A DNA stretch of 64,000 nt from a bacterium (GTDB lineage Bacteria; Fidelibacterota; Fidelibacteria; Fidelibacterales; Fidelibacteraceae). Below, piece by piece: positions 38,044 through 49,467 of this stretch; the stretch's first letter is position 1, and each line of letters begins with the position of its first letter. The stretch is from assembly GCA_963676395.1 (NCBI GenBank), contig OY781066.1:448001-512000 (forward strand). Direction: 5' to 3'. The position numbers and the translations under genes are program-made. The notes beneath the pieces were generated by a model that saw nothing but the letters and a program-made list of their open reading frames with translations, did not search any database and was not told the origin of the DNA.

Positions 38044-38514
38044 TTATCGACTGAAATGAGCGAACGCTTTGTTCGCTTCAGCCATTCTGTGCGTATCATC
38101 TTTCTTCTTGATGGATGAGCCTTCACCTTTTGAGGCAGCCATCAACTCTGAGGCCAATTTATTAGCCATTGCGTTACCTGAACGAGCACCGGCATACGAG
38201 ATGATCCAGCGCATTGCAAGTGCATAGCGACGATCGCGACGAACTTCAACAGGCACCTGATACGTAGCACCACCGATACGTTTGGATTTTACTTCCAAAA
38301 CGGGGGCAACATTATCTAAAGCTTTCTGAAATGTCTCTAGACCTTTACCGCCTGTTTGTTCATTTAAAATGTCGATAGCACCGTACATGATCTTTTCGGC
38401 AACACCCTTTTTACCCTCTTCCATCAAATTGTTGATGAATTTTGTGAGAGTTTTTGATTTGTACTTAGGGTCCGGCAATACGTCGCGTTTAGGTGGCTTA
38501 TTTCTTCTTGACAT
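38044..38514 (-). CDS. rpsG: 30S ribosomal protein S7
   Basis: GGATYQVP, HRMAEANKAFAH. Confidence 0.98.
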   Translation of the reverse strand: MSRRNKPPKRDVLPDPKYKSKTLTKFINNLMEEGKKGVAEKIMYGAIDILNEQTGGKGLETFQKALDNVAPVLEVKSKRIGGATYQVPVEVRRDRRYALAMRWIISYAGARSGNAMANKLASELMAASKGEGSSIKKKDDTHRMAEANKAFAHFSR

Positions 38515-38531
38515 AAATAATTTTCTCCACT

Positions 38532-38906
38532 TTAGGATTTCGGCTTCTTAGCGCCGTAACGTGATCTGCTCTGTCGTCTACCTTCCACACCGGCAGTATC
38601 CAGTGTGCCTCGAATGATATGGTAGCGAACACCCGGAAGATCCTTTACACGACCACCTTCGATAAGCACAATTGAGTGCTCCTGGAGGTTGTGACCTTCA
38701 CCCGGGATGTATGCCGTGACTTCTGTGCTCTTATCAAGACGAACACGAGCGACTTTACGAAGCGCTGAGTTCGGCTTCTTAGGCGTCGTTGTATAGACGC
38801 GTGTGCAAACGCCTCGGCGTTGCGGATTTGCGTTCAAAGCAGGGACCTTGTTTTTCTTCGTGATCTTTTTTCTGCCTTGACGGACTAACTGATTGATCGT
38901 TGGCAT
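38532..38906 (-). CDS. rpsL: 30S ribosomal protein S12
   Basis: MPTINQL...[20 protein letters not shown]; true start at ATG 38906. Confidence 0.98.
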   Translation of the reverse strand: MPTINQLVRQGRKKITKKNKVPALNANPQRRGVCTRVYTTTPKKPNSALRKVARVRLDKSTEVTAYIPGEGHNLQEHSIVLIEGGRVKDLPGVRYHIIRGTLDTAGVEGRRQSRSRYGAKKPKS

Positions 38907-38940
38907 AAGTGTTTTTCTCCAATTTTCACAAAAGCTCAGT

Positions 38941-38969
38941 AAGATAATGCATAAACTGCTTGTTTGCAA
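38941..38969 (-). promoter_or_regulatory. str operon sigma70 promoter
   Basis: TTGCAA-17nt-TATCTT followed by ACTGAGCTTTTGTGAA. Confidence 0.7.
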
Positions 38970-39060
38970 GATTTTGTTTAATTTTTGACAGGAATTTTTC
39001 CACACACATCATTTATTCGATATACGTGGGTTTAAAGCCATGCATATTCCTTTATTTTAC

Positions 39061-39092
39061 AAATAAAATAAAGGCTCGACAATGTCGAGCCT
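39061..39092 (-). terminator. Intrinsic terminator after rpoC
   Basis: AGGCTCGAC-ATT-GTCGAGCCT followed by TTATTTTATTT. Confidence 0.85.
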
Positions 39093-39115
39093 CTACATAT
39101 AAATATCCGTTCCGT

Positions 39116-42100
39116 TTATTCGACAGGTGCTTCAGTTACTTCTACATTTTCAGCAGGAGCTTCTTCGGGAGCCTGTTCGTCAACGATGGCTTTATCGGGA
39201 ACGGGTAATTCAATTTCTTCAACTTCGGGTTCAATGACTTGAACTCTACGATATTCACTCATACCGGTACCGGCAGGGATCATACGTCCGATGATGATAT
39301 TTTCTTTCAAACCACTCAAATCGTCGATCTTTCCGGAGATAGCTGCGTCAGTAAGAACACGAGTCGTTTCCTGGAATGATGCGGCTGAGAGGAATGATTC
39401 AGTATTCAATGATGCGCGCGTAATACCAAGCAGCAGCGGATCAAAAGTTGCAGGTTTTGCAGCTTTGAATTTCGCAGGGCGCTTTTCGGCAGCTTTATGG
39501 CGAGCATTATCTTCTTTAACGAGATCACGAGGATAAACATTACCTTCGATCAATGATGTATCACCGGCATCGTTGATACATACCATATCAAAGAGTTTTT
39601 CATTCTCGATTTGAACTTCCTGACGACCAACGCGATCTCCAACTAGGAAATCGGTATCGCCCGGATCTTTGATCTCTACCTTCTGCAACATTTGTCGAAC
39701 GATAACTTCGATATGTTTATCGTTGATACGCACACCCTGCAGACGGTAAACGTGCTGAATTTCATTCAAGAGGTGTTTCTGTACTTCTTTCACACCACGG
39801 ATCTTAAGGATCTTACGTGGAGGAATAGCACCGTCACATAGAGGTTCACCTGAACGAACATAATCGCCTTCGTGAACAAGAATGTGTTTACCTTTTGGAA
39901 TTTTATATGTGAAAACTTCACCAAGTTCGTTCGTTACGCGAATAGTTTGAATACCGTGTTGTAATTTATCAAAGCGTACATGACCGTCAACTTCAGAAAC
40001 AACTGCTTCGTTGCTGGGGTTACGAGCTTCAAACAACTCTGATACTCGGGGAAGGCCACCGGTAATATCGTTTGATCTTGCAGATTCTTTTGATCGTTTC
40101 GCCAATGTCTGTCCCTGTACAACTTTATCACCTTCTTTAACGATGATAGATGAGTTTTCGGGAAGCGCAATTGGTTTTCCAACCATCTCGCCGGTTTTAC
40201 CGTTCATAATCGCGATTCGTGCTGTCTTTTCACGGTCTTTAGAGGCGATAATCTGCCATTCCATGTGCCCCGACGAATCGGTCACTTCATCATAAGTAAC
40301 ACCGGGGATCAAGTCGAGGAATTTAACCAAACCATCATAACGGGATACAATGTGTTCATTGTAAGCATCCCAATCATAAAGAATTGAATCGGGGCCGACA
40401 TGATCATCATTATTAACATGAACTTTCGCACCCTGAGGAATGGTATATGTGATCAGATTACGGTTATCATCATCAATGATGGATACCTTACCGTTACGAA
40501 CCAATACAATGTTTAAATCGTTTTCAGAGATCAAGAGGTTATCACTAAACTCTACTCGACCTTTAAAGCGAGCTGTCTGGTGTGATTCCTGGATAATACG
40601 GCTGGCTGTACCACCAATATGGAAAGTACGAAGTGTCAGCTGGGTACCCGGTTCACCAATTGACTGTGCAGCCATAATACCTACAGCCTCACCTGTGTTC
40701 ACCAGTTTATCGGTAGCAAGGTTACGTCCGTAACATTTTGCACAAACACCGGTTTTAGCTTCACAAGTCAATACTGAACGAATGTAAACCGATTCAACAT
40801 TAGAGCTTGCAATTTTTTCAGCAAGTTCTTCATCGACATAAGTATCAACTTCAGCGATAACTTCATCGGTTAAAGGATCGATCACATCTTCTTGCAGAAC
40901 ACGACCAACGATACGTTCTTTGAGGTGCTCAATAATATTTTCGCCTTCTTTCAAAGAGGCAACGCGGATACCGTTAATAGTTCCACAATCAATACTATTG
41001 ATCACAACATCCTGAGATACATCAACCAGACGACGAGTCAAATAACCGGCATCGGCTGTCTTCAACGCTGTATCCGAAAGACCTTTTCGGGCACCGTGAG
41101 TTGAAATAAAGTATTCAAGTACGGTCAAACCTTCTTTAAAGTTCGAGGTAATCGGCGTTTCAATAATATCACCGCCGCCACCACCGGTGTTCTTTTGAGG
41201 TTTGTTCATCAAACCACGCATACCGGCCAACTGTTTGATCTGATCTTTAGATCCACGAGCACCGGAATCGGTCATAATGAATAAGGGGTTAAAACCTTCG
41301 TTATCTTGAACCAGTTTCTTGTTCATTACATTCTGAACAGAATCAGTGGTTTTAGACCAAGCGTCAATAACCTTATTATAACGTTCATTTTCGGTAATGA
41401 TACCGCGTTTACGCTTATCATTGATGTCATTAACGTTTTTTTCGGTTTTTTCAATAATTTCAAATTTATCATCGGGAATGATAACATCACTCAAACCGAT
41501 GGACACACCCGAACGAGTCGCCATTGAGAAACCAAGATTCTTGAGGTCATCAAGAAATTCTACAGTTCTGTTAATGCCAACTTCACGGTTACATTCACCC
41601 ACAATACTTTCAATACGCTTCTTGGTAAGCAATTCATTAAAGTAAGGCATACCTTCAGGAACAATAGAGTTGAAAAGAATTCTTCCAACTGTTGTTTCAA
41701 TGATCTTACCATCAACGGCCAACTTAACCTTTGCATGAAGAGTAACCCATTCATTATCTAAGGCAAGAAGTGCTTCGTCGGCACTATAATAAACCGAGCC
41801 TTCACCGGGCTGATTAGAGCGTGCACGGGTAATATAGTAAGATCCAAGAACCATATCCTGAGAAGGAATAGCAATAGGATGACCGTGTGCAGGGTGAAGA
41901 ATATTATTAGATGCAAGCATCAACATTCTTGATTCGATCTGAGCTTCAAATGATAGCGGTACGTGAACAGCCATCTGGTCACCATCAAAATCAGCGTTAA
42001 ACGCAGAACAAACCAAGGGGTGAATTCTAAGAGCTTTACCGTCAATAAGAATAGGCTGAAAAGCCTGGATACCCAGACGGTGAAGTGTAGGAGCACGGTT

Positions 42101-43444
42101 AAGAAGTACAGGATGATCTTTAACCACGTATTCAAGAAGGCTCATTACCTCCGGATCACGGGCTTCGACCATGCTTTTAGCAACTTTAGCGGTACCTGCT
42201 TTTCCACGAACCAGTAGTTCATGGATCAAATGCGGCTTAAACAGCTCAGTTGCCATCTTCTTGGGAATACCACACTCATGCATACGCAATTCGGGACCCA
42301 CACAAATCACTGAACGAGCAGAATAATCAACACGCTTGCCAAGCAAGTTCTGGCGGAAGCGGCCTTCTTTACCGTTCAGCATATCTGAAAGAGATTTCAA
42401 CGGACGGCGTGTGCCCGAACGGACAGCCGCACGTTTTCTACCGTTATCAAATAGTGAATCAACAGCTTCCTGAAGCATACGCTTTTCGTTACGTAAAATA
42501 ACTTCGGGAGCTTTAATGTCTATCAACTGTTTCAAACGGTTATTTCGAATGATCACGCGACGGTAAAGGTCATTCAAATCCGAAGCTGCGAAGCGGCCAC
42601 CTTCAAGGGGAACCAAAGGACGCAATTCGGGTGGAATAACCGGTAATACCTTCAGGATCATATATTCCGGACGATTGATGGGTTGTTCATCTTCATTCAT
42701 GGTTGTGAATGATTTTAAGATCTTCAAACGTTTTACAATGTCATCACGTTCTGAAACGGATTTTGTATTACGCAGTCTGGTCTTAAGTTCACTTACCAAT
42801 TTTGTTACATCCAGGTCAAGCAAGAGCTCGTACACTGCCTGAGCACCTGTTTTTGCAACGAAGAGATCATCTTCATCAATGGGCTCTTCCGCTTCTTCAC
42901 CATAGGTGTAAAGAAGGTCAAAGTATGTGTCTTCGTCAAGTAGTTCCATAGCTTTTACGGGACGTACTTTACCGTTATCCTCTACTTCGGCTTTTCCGGG
43001 TTGGATCACTACATATGATTCATAGTAAATGATCTGCTCCAGTTCTTTAGCGGCAATACCCAAAACATTCGCAAGTTTTGAAGGAATTGATTTAAGAAAC
43101 CAAATATGAACCACGGGAACGGCCAGGTTAATATGGCCCATACGTTCGCGGCGCACAGATTTGCGGGTAACTTCAACACCGCAACGGTCACAAATAATAC
43201 CTTTGTAACGAATGCGTTTGTATTTACCGCAGTGACATTCCCAATCCTTAACCGGACCAAAGATCTTCTCACAAAACAAACCGTCTTTCTCAGGTTTATA
43301 TGAGCGATAATTGATGGTCTCGGGTTTTAGAACTTCACCGCGGGACTTTTCTAATATCGATTCCGGCGATGACAAGCGGATTTGAATCTGCTGAAAGTCT
43401 TTTTTCGCCGTTTTTTGTTGTAATGTACTCAATGCCAATGTCAT
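39116..43444 (-). CDS. rpoC: RNA polymerase beta' subunit
   Basis: NADFDGD active site, zinc-finger cysteines, QLTLRTFH. Confidence 0.98.
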   Translation of the reverse strand: MTLALSTLQQKTAKKDFQQIQIRLSSPESILEKSRGEVLKPETINYRSYKPEKDGLFCEKIFGPVKDWECHCGKYKRIRYKGIICDRCGVEVTRKSVRRERMGHINLAVPVVHIWFLKSIPSKLANVLGIAAKELEQIIYYESYVVIQPGKAEVEDNGKVRPVKAMELLDEDTYFDLLYTYGEEAEEPIDEDDLFVAKTGAQAVYELLLDLDVTKLVSELKTRLRNTKSVSERDDIVKRLKILKSFTTMNEDEQPINRPEYMILKVLPVIPPELRPLVPLEGGRFAASDLNDLYRRVIIRNNRLKQLIDIKAPEVILRNEKRMLQEAVDSLFDNGRKRAAVRSGTRRPLKSLSDMLNGKEGRFRQNLLGKRVDYSARSVICVGPELRMHECGIPKKMATELFKPHLIHELLVRGKAGTAKVAKSMVEARDPEVMSLLEYVVKDHPVLLNRAPTLHRLGIQAFQPILIDGKALRIHPLVCSAFNADFDGDQMAVHVPLSFEAQIESRMLMLASNNILHPAHGHPIAIPSQDMVLGSYYITRARSNQPGEGSVYYSADEALLALDNEWVTLHAKVKLAVDGKIIETTVGRILFNSIVPEGMPYFNELLTKKRIESIVGECNREVGINRTVEFLDDLKNLGFSMATRSGVSIGLSDVIIPDDKFEIIEKTEKNVNDINDKRKRGIITENERYNKVIDAWSKTTDSVQNVMNKKLVQDNEGFNPLFIMTDSGARGSKDQIKQLAGMRGLMNKPQKNTGGGGGDIIETPITSNFKEGLTVLEYFISTHGARKGLSDTALKTADAGYLTRRLVDVSQDVVINSIDCGTINGIRVASLKEGENIIEHLKERIVGRVLQEDVIDPLTDEVIAEVDTYVDEELAEKIASSNVESVYIRSVLTCEAKTGVCAKCYGRNLATDKLVNTGEAVGIMAAQSIGEPGTQLTLRTFHIGGTASRIIQESHQTARFKGRVEFSDNLLISENDLNIVLVRNGKVSIIDDDNRNLITYTIPQGAKVHVNNDDHVGPDSILYDWDAYNEHIVSRYDGLVKFLDLIPGVTYDEVTDSSGHMEWQIIASKDREKTARIAIMNGKTGEMVGKPIALPENSSIIVKEGDKVVQGQTLAKRSKESARSNDITGGLPRVSELFEARNPSNEAVVSEVDGHVRFDKLQHGIQTIRVTNELGEVFTYKIPKGKHILVHEGDYVRSGEPLCDGAIPPRKILKIRGVKEVQKHLLNEIQHVYRLQGVRINDKHIEVIVRQMLQKVEIKDPGDTDFLVGDRVGRQEVQIENEKLFDMVCINDAGDTSLIEGNVYPRDLVKEDNARHKAAEKRPAKFKAAKPATFDPLLLGITRASLNTESFLSAASFQETTRVLTDAAISGKIDDLSGLKENIIIGRMIPAGTGMSEYRRVQVIEPEVEEIELPVPDKAIVDEQAPEEAPAENVEVTEAPVE

Positions 43445-43462
43445 TCCTCCTATAGAAGGATA

Positions 43463-46400
43463 TTATACCAAATCCATTTCAATACCCAGACCCTCAAGTT
43501 CCTTCAAGAGAACGTTGAATGATTCGGGTGTTCCGTATTCGGGAAGGTTTTCACCTTTCACGATCGCGTTGTAAATTCGCGTTCTACCGTCAACATCATC
43601 GGATTTGACTGTCAGAACTTCCTGAAGTGTATGCGCGGCACCGTATGCTTCAAGAGCCCAAACCTCCATTTCTCCAAATCTCTGCCCACCAAACTGTGCT
43701 TTACCACCGAGAGGCTGCTGAGTAATCAGAGAATAAGGTCCGGTTGAACGGGCATGCATCTTATCTTCGATCATGTGTGACAATTTCATCATGTATATCT
43801 GGCCACAGGCAACAGGATTATCAATCTTGTTACCGCTGCGTCCATCATACAATGTTTCTTTACCGTTAGCTGGTAAGCCAGCCTCTGTCATCAATTTAGA
43901 GATATCATCGTAAGATGCACCGTCAAATACAGGTGTTTCAAAATGAACACCCAATTCTTTTCCGGCCCAACCCAGCATTGTCTCATAAAGCTGACCAAGG
44001 TTCATACGAGAAGGCACACCCAGAGGATTCAATACGATATCAACGGGAGTTCCATCAGGCAAGAATGGCATATCTTCTTCAGGTACGATAATTGAAACCA
44101 CACCTTTGTTACCGTGGCGACCGGCCATTTTATCACCCACAGAGATCTTTCGCTTACTAGCAATATAAACCTTAGCAAGTTTCAAAACACCCGGTTGCAT
44201 GTCATCACCGGCACGAACTTTAAATTGTTCGTTCTGAACATCTTCTTTGATCTCATCATCGATCTTCTGGAAGTTTTCAACCAGTTTCAAAACGCGTGCA
44301 TACACTTCTTCATCGTTAACCCATGCTTTTTCGAGATCAATCTCGTCAAAGTCAACAGTTTCGAAAAATTCCCAGTTCCATGTCTTGCGTTTTGCATGAA
44401 CAGCATTGCCACCTTTGTTATAAATACCTTCGCAGGCTTGGCCTTCAAGAAGGTTCTGTAACTTAGCGATAAATTTATTGCGATGAATGATGAGTCTTTC
44501 AGCCAACTGTTTTGCAAGCTTTTCGAGTTTCTCTTTTTCATCGCGACGTGATTCTTTACCCTTGCGTTCAAACAAACGAGTATCGATAACCACACCATTG
44601 GTTGATGGGTCAGCTCGTTTTGAAGCATCCTTAACGTCGCCGGCCTTTTCACCAAAGATCGCCCTAAGAAGTTTTTCTTCGGGTGTAGGATCGGTTTCAC
44701 CTTTCGGTGTTACCTTACCAATGATGATATCGCCATGAGTAACGGGAGCACCGATACGAACGATACCGTTTTCATCAATATTTCTTGTAGCTTCTTCGGA
44801 AACGTTGGGGATTTCACGGGTCAATTCTTCAGAACCGCGTTTTGTATCACGGACTTCGAGTTCAACTTCTTTCACATGAACAGAGGTTAAAATATCTTCT
44901 TTAACCAATCGTTCATTAAGAATGATAGCATCCTCGTAGTTATATCCGCGCCAAGGCATAAATGCAACCAATACGTTACGGCCAAGTGCCAATTCACCCT
45001 GGTCGGTTGATGTACCGTCAGCAATGGGTTCGCCGGCTTTGACCTTTTGGTTCTTCCGAACGATAGGACGTTGGTTGATCGATGTATCTTGGTTTGTTCT
45101 TTGAAATTTCTTCAAATTAAAGACCACACGGCCTTCATTTTCATCCAATGAAACGTCAGCATCGAAATCTTCCAGCGGACGAAGCACGATCTTTCGTGCA
45201 TCCACATATTCGACAATGGCGTTAATGGGTGATGTGACAACGGCACGAGAATCGCGAGCTGCATCAGGTTCCATACCTGTACCGACGATCGGGGCCTTCG
45301 GTGTTAGCAGCGGAACTGACTGACGTTGCATATTTGAACCCATCAATGCACGGTTGGCATCATCGTGTTCCAAGAATGGGATCAAAGCCGCAGCGGCTGA
45401 AACCATTTGGATCGGCGAAACGTCCATGTAGTTGACATTTTCAGGAGATGAAATTGGATAATCAGCCTGATGACGACATTTAACATGGTCTAACTGGAAT
45501 TCATTTTTGTCTGTCAGTAACGCATTGGCCTGTGCGATCGTGTTACGATCTTCATCATCGGCAGATAGGTATTCTACGGATGCCGATACGCGTGTACCGT
45601 TTTTATTGTGGTTGACCTTCCTATATGGTGTTTCGATGAAACCCAAACGGTTGACGACTGCATAGTTCGCCAATGAAGAGATCAAACCAATATTGGGACC
45701 TTCAGGGGTTTCAATCGGACAGAGACGGCCATAATGAGTATAATGCACATCTCGAACCTCAAAACCTGCACGTTCACGAGTCAAACCTCCCGGACCTAGA
45801 GCTGACAAACGACGTTTGTGAGTCAATTCGGCCAAAGGATTCGTTTGGTCCATAAACTGTGACATCTGTGAGGTACCAAAGAAAGTATTGATCACTGAGG
45901 TAAGAATACGAGAGTTGATCAATTCCTGAGGTGTTAGATTTTCCGCATTGTGAATGTTCATACGATCTTTAATAGTACGAGACATACGAGTAAAAGCCAA
46001 TGAGAACTGGTTAGCCAGCTGTTCACCAACAGTTTTAACGCGACGGTTACCCAAATGATCGATATCATCAGACGCCTTTTCACCTCGACGCATCGAGATA
46101 AGCTGTTCGACAATCATCACAAAATCTTCAGGTGCAATCACGGTATTTTCAAGCGGAAGATCCAGATTGAATTTTTTATTCATGCGATAACGACCGACCT
46201 GACCCAGATCATATTTCTTAGGTGAGAAGAAAAGTTTCTCAAAGAATTTCTGAGCAGTGTCAACATTGGGCGGCTCGCCATTTCGCAAGTTACGATATAG
46301 ATAGATCAATGCTTCATCGGCTGTCGGTTCGCGTTCTTCTTCATCAGAGATACCGATCTTATCGCGTTCACGACGAATAGAATTAGCAAGAAGTTTAAAA

Positions 46401-47278
46401 TCCACTTCGCGGTCGAGATCTACAACTTCTAGATTCTTAACCTTAGCTTTCTTTAGCTCTCCGATCAGCTTTTCATCAAGAATGATCTGTTGATCTTCAG
46501 ACGTCCCCGCATTTAAAATGACTTCGCCACTTTTATTATCGATAATAGGAGTAACGACCATGCGTCCTTCCAGGTCACCGGTAATGGGAAGAGTTTCCAA
46601 TACTTTGAATTGCTGAAGAATATCATAATTTGTTTCAAAACCGATAGCGCGCAAGAAAATCGAAACCGGAAATTTTTTCCGGCGATCGATCGTTACATAG
46701 ATCGCATCGAAAATATCGGTGGTAAGGTCAACCCATGAACCACGCATCGGGATAATACGAGCGTTATATAATACGGTTCCGTTGGGATGCCGGGCATCAT
46801 TAAAAAACACACCGGGTGAACGCTGTAGCTGAGATACAATAATACGTTCGGCGCCGTTAATGATAAAAGTACCGCGTGGGGTCATATAAGGGATATTACC
46901 AAAGAATACATCTTGTTCAACCGTATCGGCAAGAGCCGGATTGTCAGAATCTTCTTCAGCAACCTTAAGCACCAATTTTGCCTTTAAAGGCACTGAATAG
47001 GTAATGCCTCGTTCGACACATTCCTGTTCTTCGTAACGAGGTTTTCCGATCGTATAATACTTATATTCTAAAACGAATGTATCGTGATTATCTTCGATCG
47101 GAAAGATGGTACGGAATACATTTTCAAGACCTAAGTCCTGACGATTTCTTGGACGCACGCGGGTTTGAAGAAAATCTTCAAACGAGCTTAACTGAACATC
47201 CAAAAGATCCGGGGTATCAAGAACTTGCTTGATCTTGGAAAAAGATGTCCGTTTGATCTTTCTTTTGATACTAGCCAA
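43463..47278 (-). CDS. rpoB: RNA polymerase beta subunit
   Basis: SQFMDQTNP, GDKMAGRHGNKG, GGQRFGEME; TTG start with GGAGG SD. Confidence 0.98.
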   Translation of the reverse strand: MASIKRKIKRTSFSKIKQVLDTPDLLDVQLSSFEDFLQTRVRPRNRQDLGLENVFRTIFPIEDNHDTFVLEYKYYTIGKPRYEEQECVERGITYSVPLKAKLVLKVAEEDSDNPALADTVEQDVFFGNIPYMTPRGTFIINGAERIIVSQLQRSPGVFFNDARHPNGTVLYNARIIPMRGSWVDLTTDIFDAIYVTIDRRKKFPVSIFLRAIGFETNYDILQQFKVLETLPITGDLEGRMVVTPIIDNKSGEVILNAGTSEDQQIILDEKLIGELKKAKVKNLEVVDLDREVDFKLLANSIRRERDKIGISDEEEREPTADEALIYLYRNLRNGEPPNVDTAQKFFEKLFFSPKKYDLGQVGRYRMNKKFNLDLPLENTVIAPEDFVMIVEQLISMRRGEKASDDIDHLGNRRVKTVGEQLANQFSLAFTRMSRTIKDRMNIHNAENLTPQELINSRILTSVINTFFGTSQMSQFMDQTNPLAELTHKRRLSALGPGGLTRERAGFEVRDVHYTHYGRLCPIETPEGPNIGLISSLANYAVVNRLGFIETPYRKVNHNKNGTRVSASVEYLSADDEDRNTIAQANALLTDKNEFQLDHVKCRHQADYPISSPENVNYMDVSPIQMVSAAAALIPFLEHDDANRALMGSNMQRQSVPLLTPKAPIVGTGMEPDAARDSRAVVTSPINAIVEYVDARKIVLRPLEDFDADVSLDENEGRVVFNLKKFQRTNQDTSINQRPIVRKNQKVKAGEPIADGTSTDQGELALGRNVLVAFMPWRGYNYEDAIILNERLVKEDILTSVHVKEVELEVRDTKRGSEELTREIPNVSEEATRNIDENGIVRIGAPVTHGDIIIGKVTPKGETDPTPEEKLLRAIFGEKAGDVKDASKRADPSTNGVVIDTRLFERKGKESRRDEKEKLEKLAKQLAERLIIHRNKFIAKLQNLLEGQACEGIYNKGGNAVHAKRKTWNWEFFETVDFDEIDLEKAWVNDEEVYARVLKLVENFQKIDDEIKEDVQNEQFKVRAGDDMQPGVLKLAKVYIASKRKISVGDKMAGRHGNKGVVSIIVPEEDMPFLPDGTPVDIVLNPLGVPSRMNLGQLYETMLGWAGKELGVHFETPVFDGASYDDISKLMTEAGLPANGKETLYDGRSGNKIDNPVACGQIYMMKLSHMIEDKMHARSTGPYSLITQQPLGGKAQFGGQRFGEMEVWALEAYGAAHTLQEVLTVKSDDVDGRTRIYNAIVKGENLPEYGTPESFNVLLKELEGLGIEMDLV

Positions 47279-47306
47279 GAGATTGTCCTCCCTTGTTATT
47301 TAAATT

Positions 47307-47340
47307 AAAACAAAGAGAGCCATCGCGTAGGTGACGGCTC
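47307..47340 (-). terminator. rplL-rpoB intergenic attenuator/terminator
   Basis: GAGCCGTC-8nt-GATGGCTC followed by TCTTTGTTTT; same position as the known rplL-rpoB attenuator. Confidence 0.7.
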
Positions 47341-47374
47341 ATTTTGAACTCACTGAGCGTTACCTGTACAACCA

Positions 47375-47755
47375 TTACTTAAGTTCTACAGTAGCTCCGA
47401 CTTCTTCTAATTTTGTTTTAATTTCTTCTGCACTGTCTTTAGGCAATTGCTCTTTAACAGCTACAGGAGCGCTTTCAACCAATTCTTTGGCTTCTTTTAG
47501 GCCTAAACCGGTCAATTCGCGAACAACTTTAATGACGTTGATCTTCTTTTCGCCAAAGCTCTGAAGCATCACATCAAATTCAGTTTTTTCTTCTTCAGCG
47601 GCAGCAACGGGTGCAGCACCGGCAGCAGCTACAGCTACGGGAGCGGCGGCTGTTACACCAAATTTTTCTTCGATCTCTTTAATGAGTTCTGAGATTTCCA
47701 GCATGTTTGCTGTTTCCAAGTATGCTAATACATCGGCACGTTTGATATCGGCCAT
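47375..47755 (-). CDS. rplL: 50S ribosomal protein L7/L12
   Basis: [25 protein letters not shown]. Confidence 0.97.
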   Translation of the reverse strand: MADIKRADVLAYLETANMLEISELIKEIEEKFGVTAAAPVAVAAAGAAPVAAAEEEKTEFDVMLQSFGEKKINVIKVVRELTGLGLKEAKELVESAPVAVKEQLPKDSAEEIKTKLEEVGATVELK

Positions 47756-47791
47756 GATAATCCTCCTTTAATTTCTGAGGGTTTTTTTATG

Positions 47792-48319
47792 TTATTGTTT
47801 TGTTTCTTCTAATGATTTCAATAGACCCTGTACATCACGCATAGGTGATTGCAAGCAACCAAGAACCTTCTGCATCGGTGATTGAAGAGCTCCAAGCAAC
47901 ATAGAAAGAAGTACTTCTTTTGAAGGTAGGTCAGCAATCTGATCAACCTTACTTTTGTCGCATAGTTCGCCCTGAAAGATCAATGCCTTAACATCAGGTT
48001 TTTTAAGATCCTTCATTTTCTTTTTGTAATCTTGCAGGATCTTAGCGGGTGCTACGGGATCTTCACCATAAACAAGAGCGGTTGAGCCGGTGAGGAAATC
48101 TTCTTTCTTCACTTCTTCATAACCTAAGTCTTGCAATGCTCGCAGGATAAGAGTGTTCTTAACAACCTGCATCTTGACATCTTTTTCAAAGAGTTCCGAA
48201 CGGAGCTCATTTACTTCTGCCACAGTAAGGCCAAGATAATCTGAAAAGTAAACAGCACCTGCTGCTTGAATCTTTTCTGTTATTTCTTTAACCTGTTCAA
48301 TTTTTTTCGGGGTTGGCAT
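47792..48319 (-). CDS. rplJ: 50S ribosomal protein L10
   Basis: DYLGLTV, VVKNTL, LPSKEVL; ATG 9 nt after AGGAGG. Confidence 0.95.
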   Translation of the reverse strand: MPTPKKIEQVKEITEKIQAAGAVYFSDYLGLTVAEVNELRSELFEKDVKMQVVKNTLILRALQDLGYEEVKKEDFLTGSTALVYGEDPVAPAKILQDYKKKMKDLKKPDVKALIFQGELCDKSKVDQIADLPSKEVLLSMLLGALQSPMQKVLGCLQSPMRDVQGLLKSLEETKQ

Positions 48320-48332
48320 ATTCACAAACCTC

Positions 48333-49025
48333 CTAAGCTAATGCAGATTGTTTATCAATTTTAACACCAGGGCCCTGTGTTGAGGAAAGGGTAATCTTTT
48401 TAAGATAAGTACCTTTCAAGGCCGTGGGTTTTAATTTCATTACCGTACTCATCATCCCTTTTACATTTTCTTCAAGCTGTTCAACTGAAAAAGATGCTTT
48501 ACCAACTAAAACATGGAGTATTCCATATTTGTCAACACGGAAAGAGATCTTACCGGCTTTGGCTTCATTTACCGCCTGAGCAACATCTTGTGTTACCGTA
48601 CCTGTTTTAGGATTAGGCATTAAACCACGTGTACCTAAGGCACGACCCAGTTTTCCAACGTGACGCATCACATCGGGTGTTGCTATACAGACATCAAAAT
48701 CAAACCAACCACCTTCGATTTGTTTGACATATTCTTCCAAACCCGCATAATCTGCACCGGCTTCTTCTGCTTCTTTTACTTTCTCACCTTGAGTTAGTAC
48801 AAGAACACGAACTTTCTTACCGGTTCCATGAGGGAGAATGACTGTACCACGAATATTTTGATCAGCATATCGAGGATCAACACCAAGATTTAGTGTCAAT
48901 TCAACTGATTCGTCGAACTTGGCGTTAGCAGCTTGTTTTATCAAACTTACACCGTCGGCAAGAGCGTATTCACGTGTCTTGTCAACCAGTCCCTCATTTG
49001 CCGAATATCGCTTACTATGATTCAT
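48333..49025 (-). CDS. rplA: 50S ribosomal protein L1
   Basis: KFDESVE, LPHGTGK, GLMPNPKTGTV; start moved to the ATG at 49025. Confidence 0.97.
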   Translation of the reverse strand: MNHSKRYSANEGLVDKTREYALADGVSLIKQAANAKFDESVELTLNLGVDPRYADQNIRGTVILPHGTGKKVRVLVLTQGEKVKEAEEAGADYAGLEEYVKQIEGGWFDFDVCIATPDVMRHVGKLGRALGTRGLMPNPKTGTVTQDVAQAVNEAKAGKISFRVDKYGILHVLVGKASFSVEQLEENVKGMMSTVMKLKPTALKGTYLKKITLSSTQGPGVKIDKQSALA

Positions 49026-49041
49026 TAATTCTTGCCTCCAG

Positions 49042-49467
49042 TTAACCTTCAACCTTTAATCCCATGCTTCGAGCGGTTCCTGCAATCATTCGCGCGGCCT
49101 GTTCGATGGTATGGGCGTTTAAATCTTTCATTTTCAACTTGGCAATTTCTTCAAGATCGGCCTGTGTTACCGTACCAACTTTTTCTTTATTCGATACGCC
49201 AGAACCTTTTTCGATCTTTGCTGCTTTTTTAAGCAAAACGGCTGCAGGGGGTGTCTTTGTAACAAATGTAAAGGACCTATCTGCATATACCGTGATCACT
49301 ACCGGAATGATCAAGCCCATTTGATCTTGGGTCTTAGCATTATAAGCTTTACAGAATTCCATAATATTCACACCGTGCTGACCGAGTGCCGGACCGACGG
49401 GAGGTGACGGGTTTGCCTTACCCGCAGGAAGCTGTAGTTTGATCAATGCTTCTACTTTTTTTGCCAT
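49042..49467 (-). CDS. rplK: 50S ribosomal protein L11
   Basis: [21 protein letters not shown]. Confidence 0.98.
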   Translation of the reverse strand: MAKKVEALIKLQLPAGKANPSPPVGPALGQHGVNIMEFCKAYNAKTQDQMGLIIPVVITVYADRSFTFVTKTPPAAVLLKKAAKIEKGSGVSNKEKVGTVTQADLEEIAKLKMKDLNAHTIEQAARMIAGTARSMGLKVEG

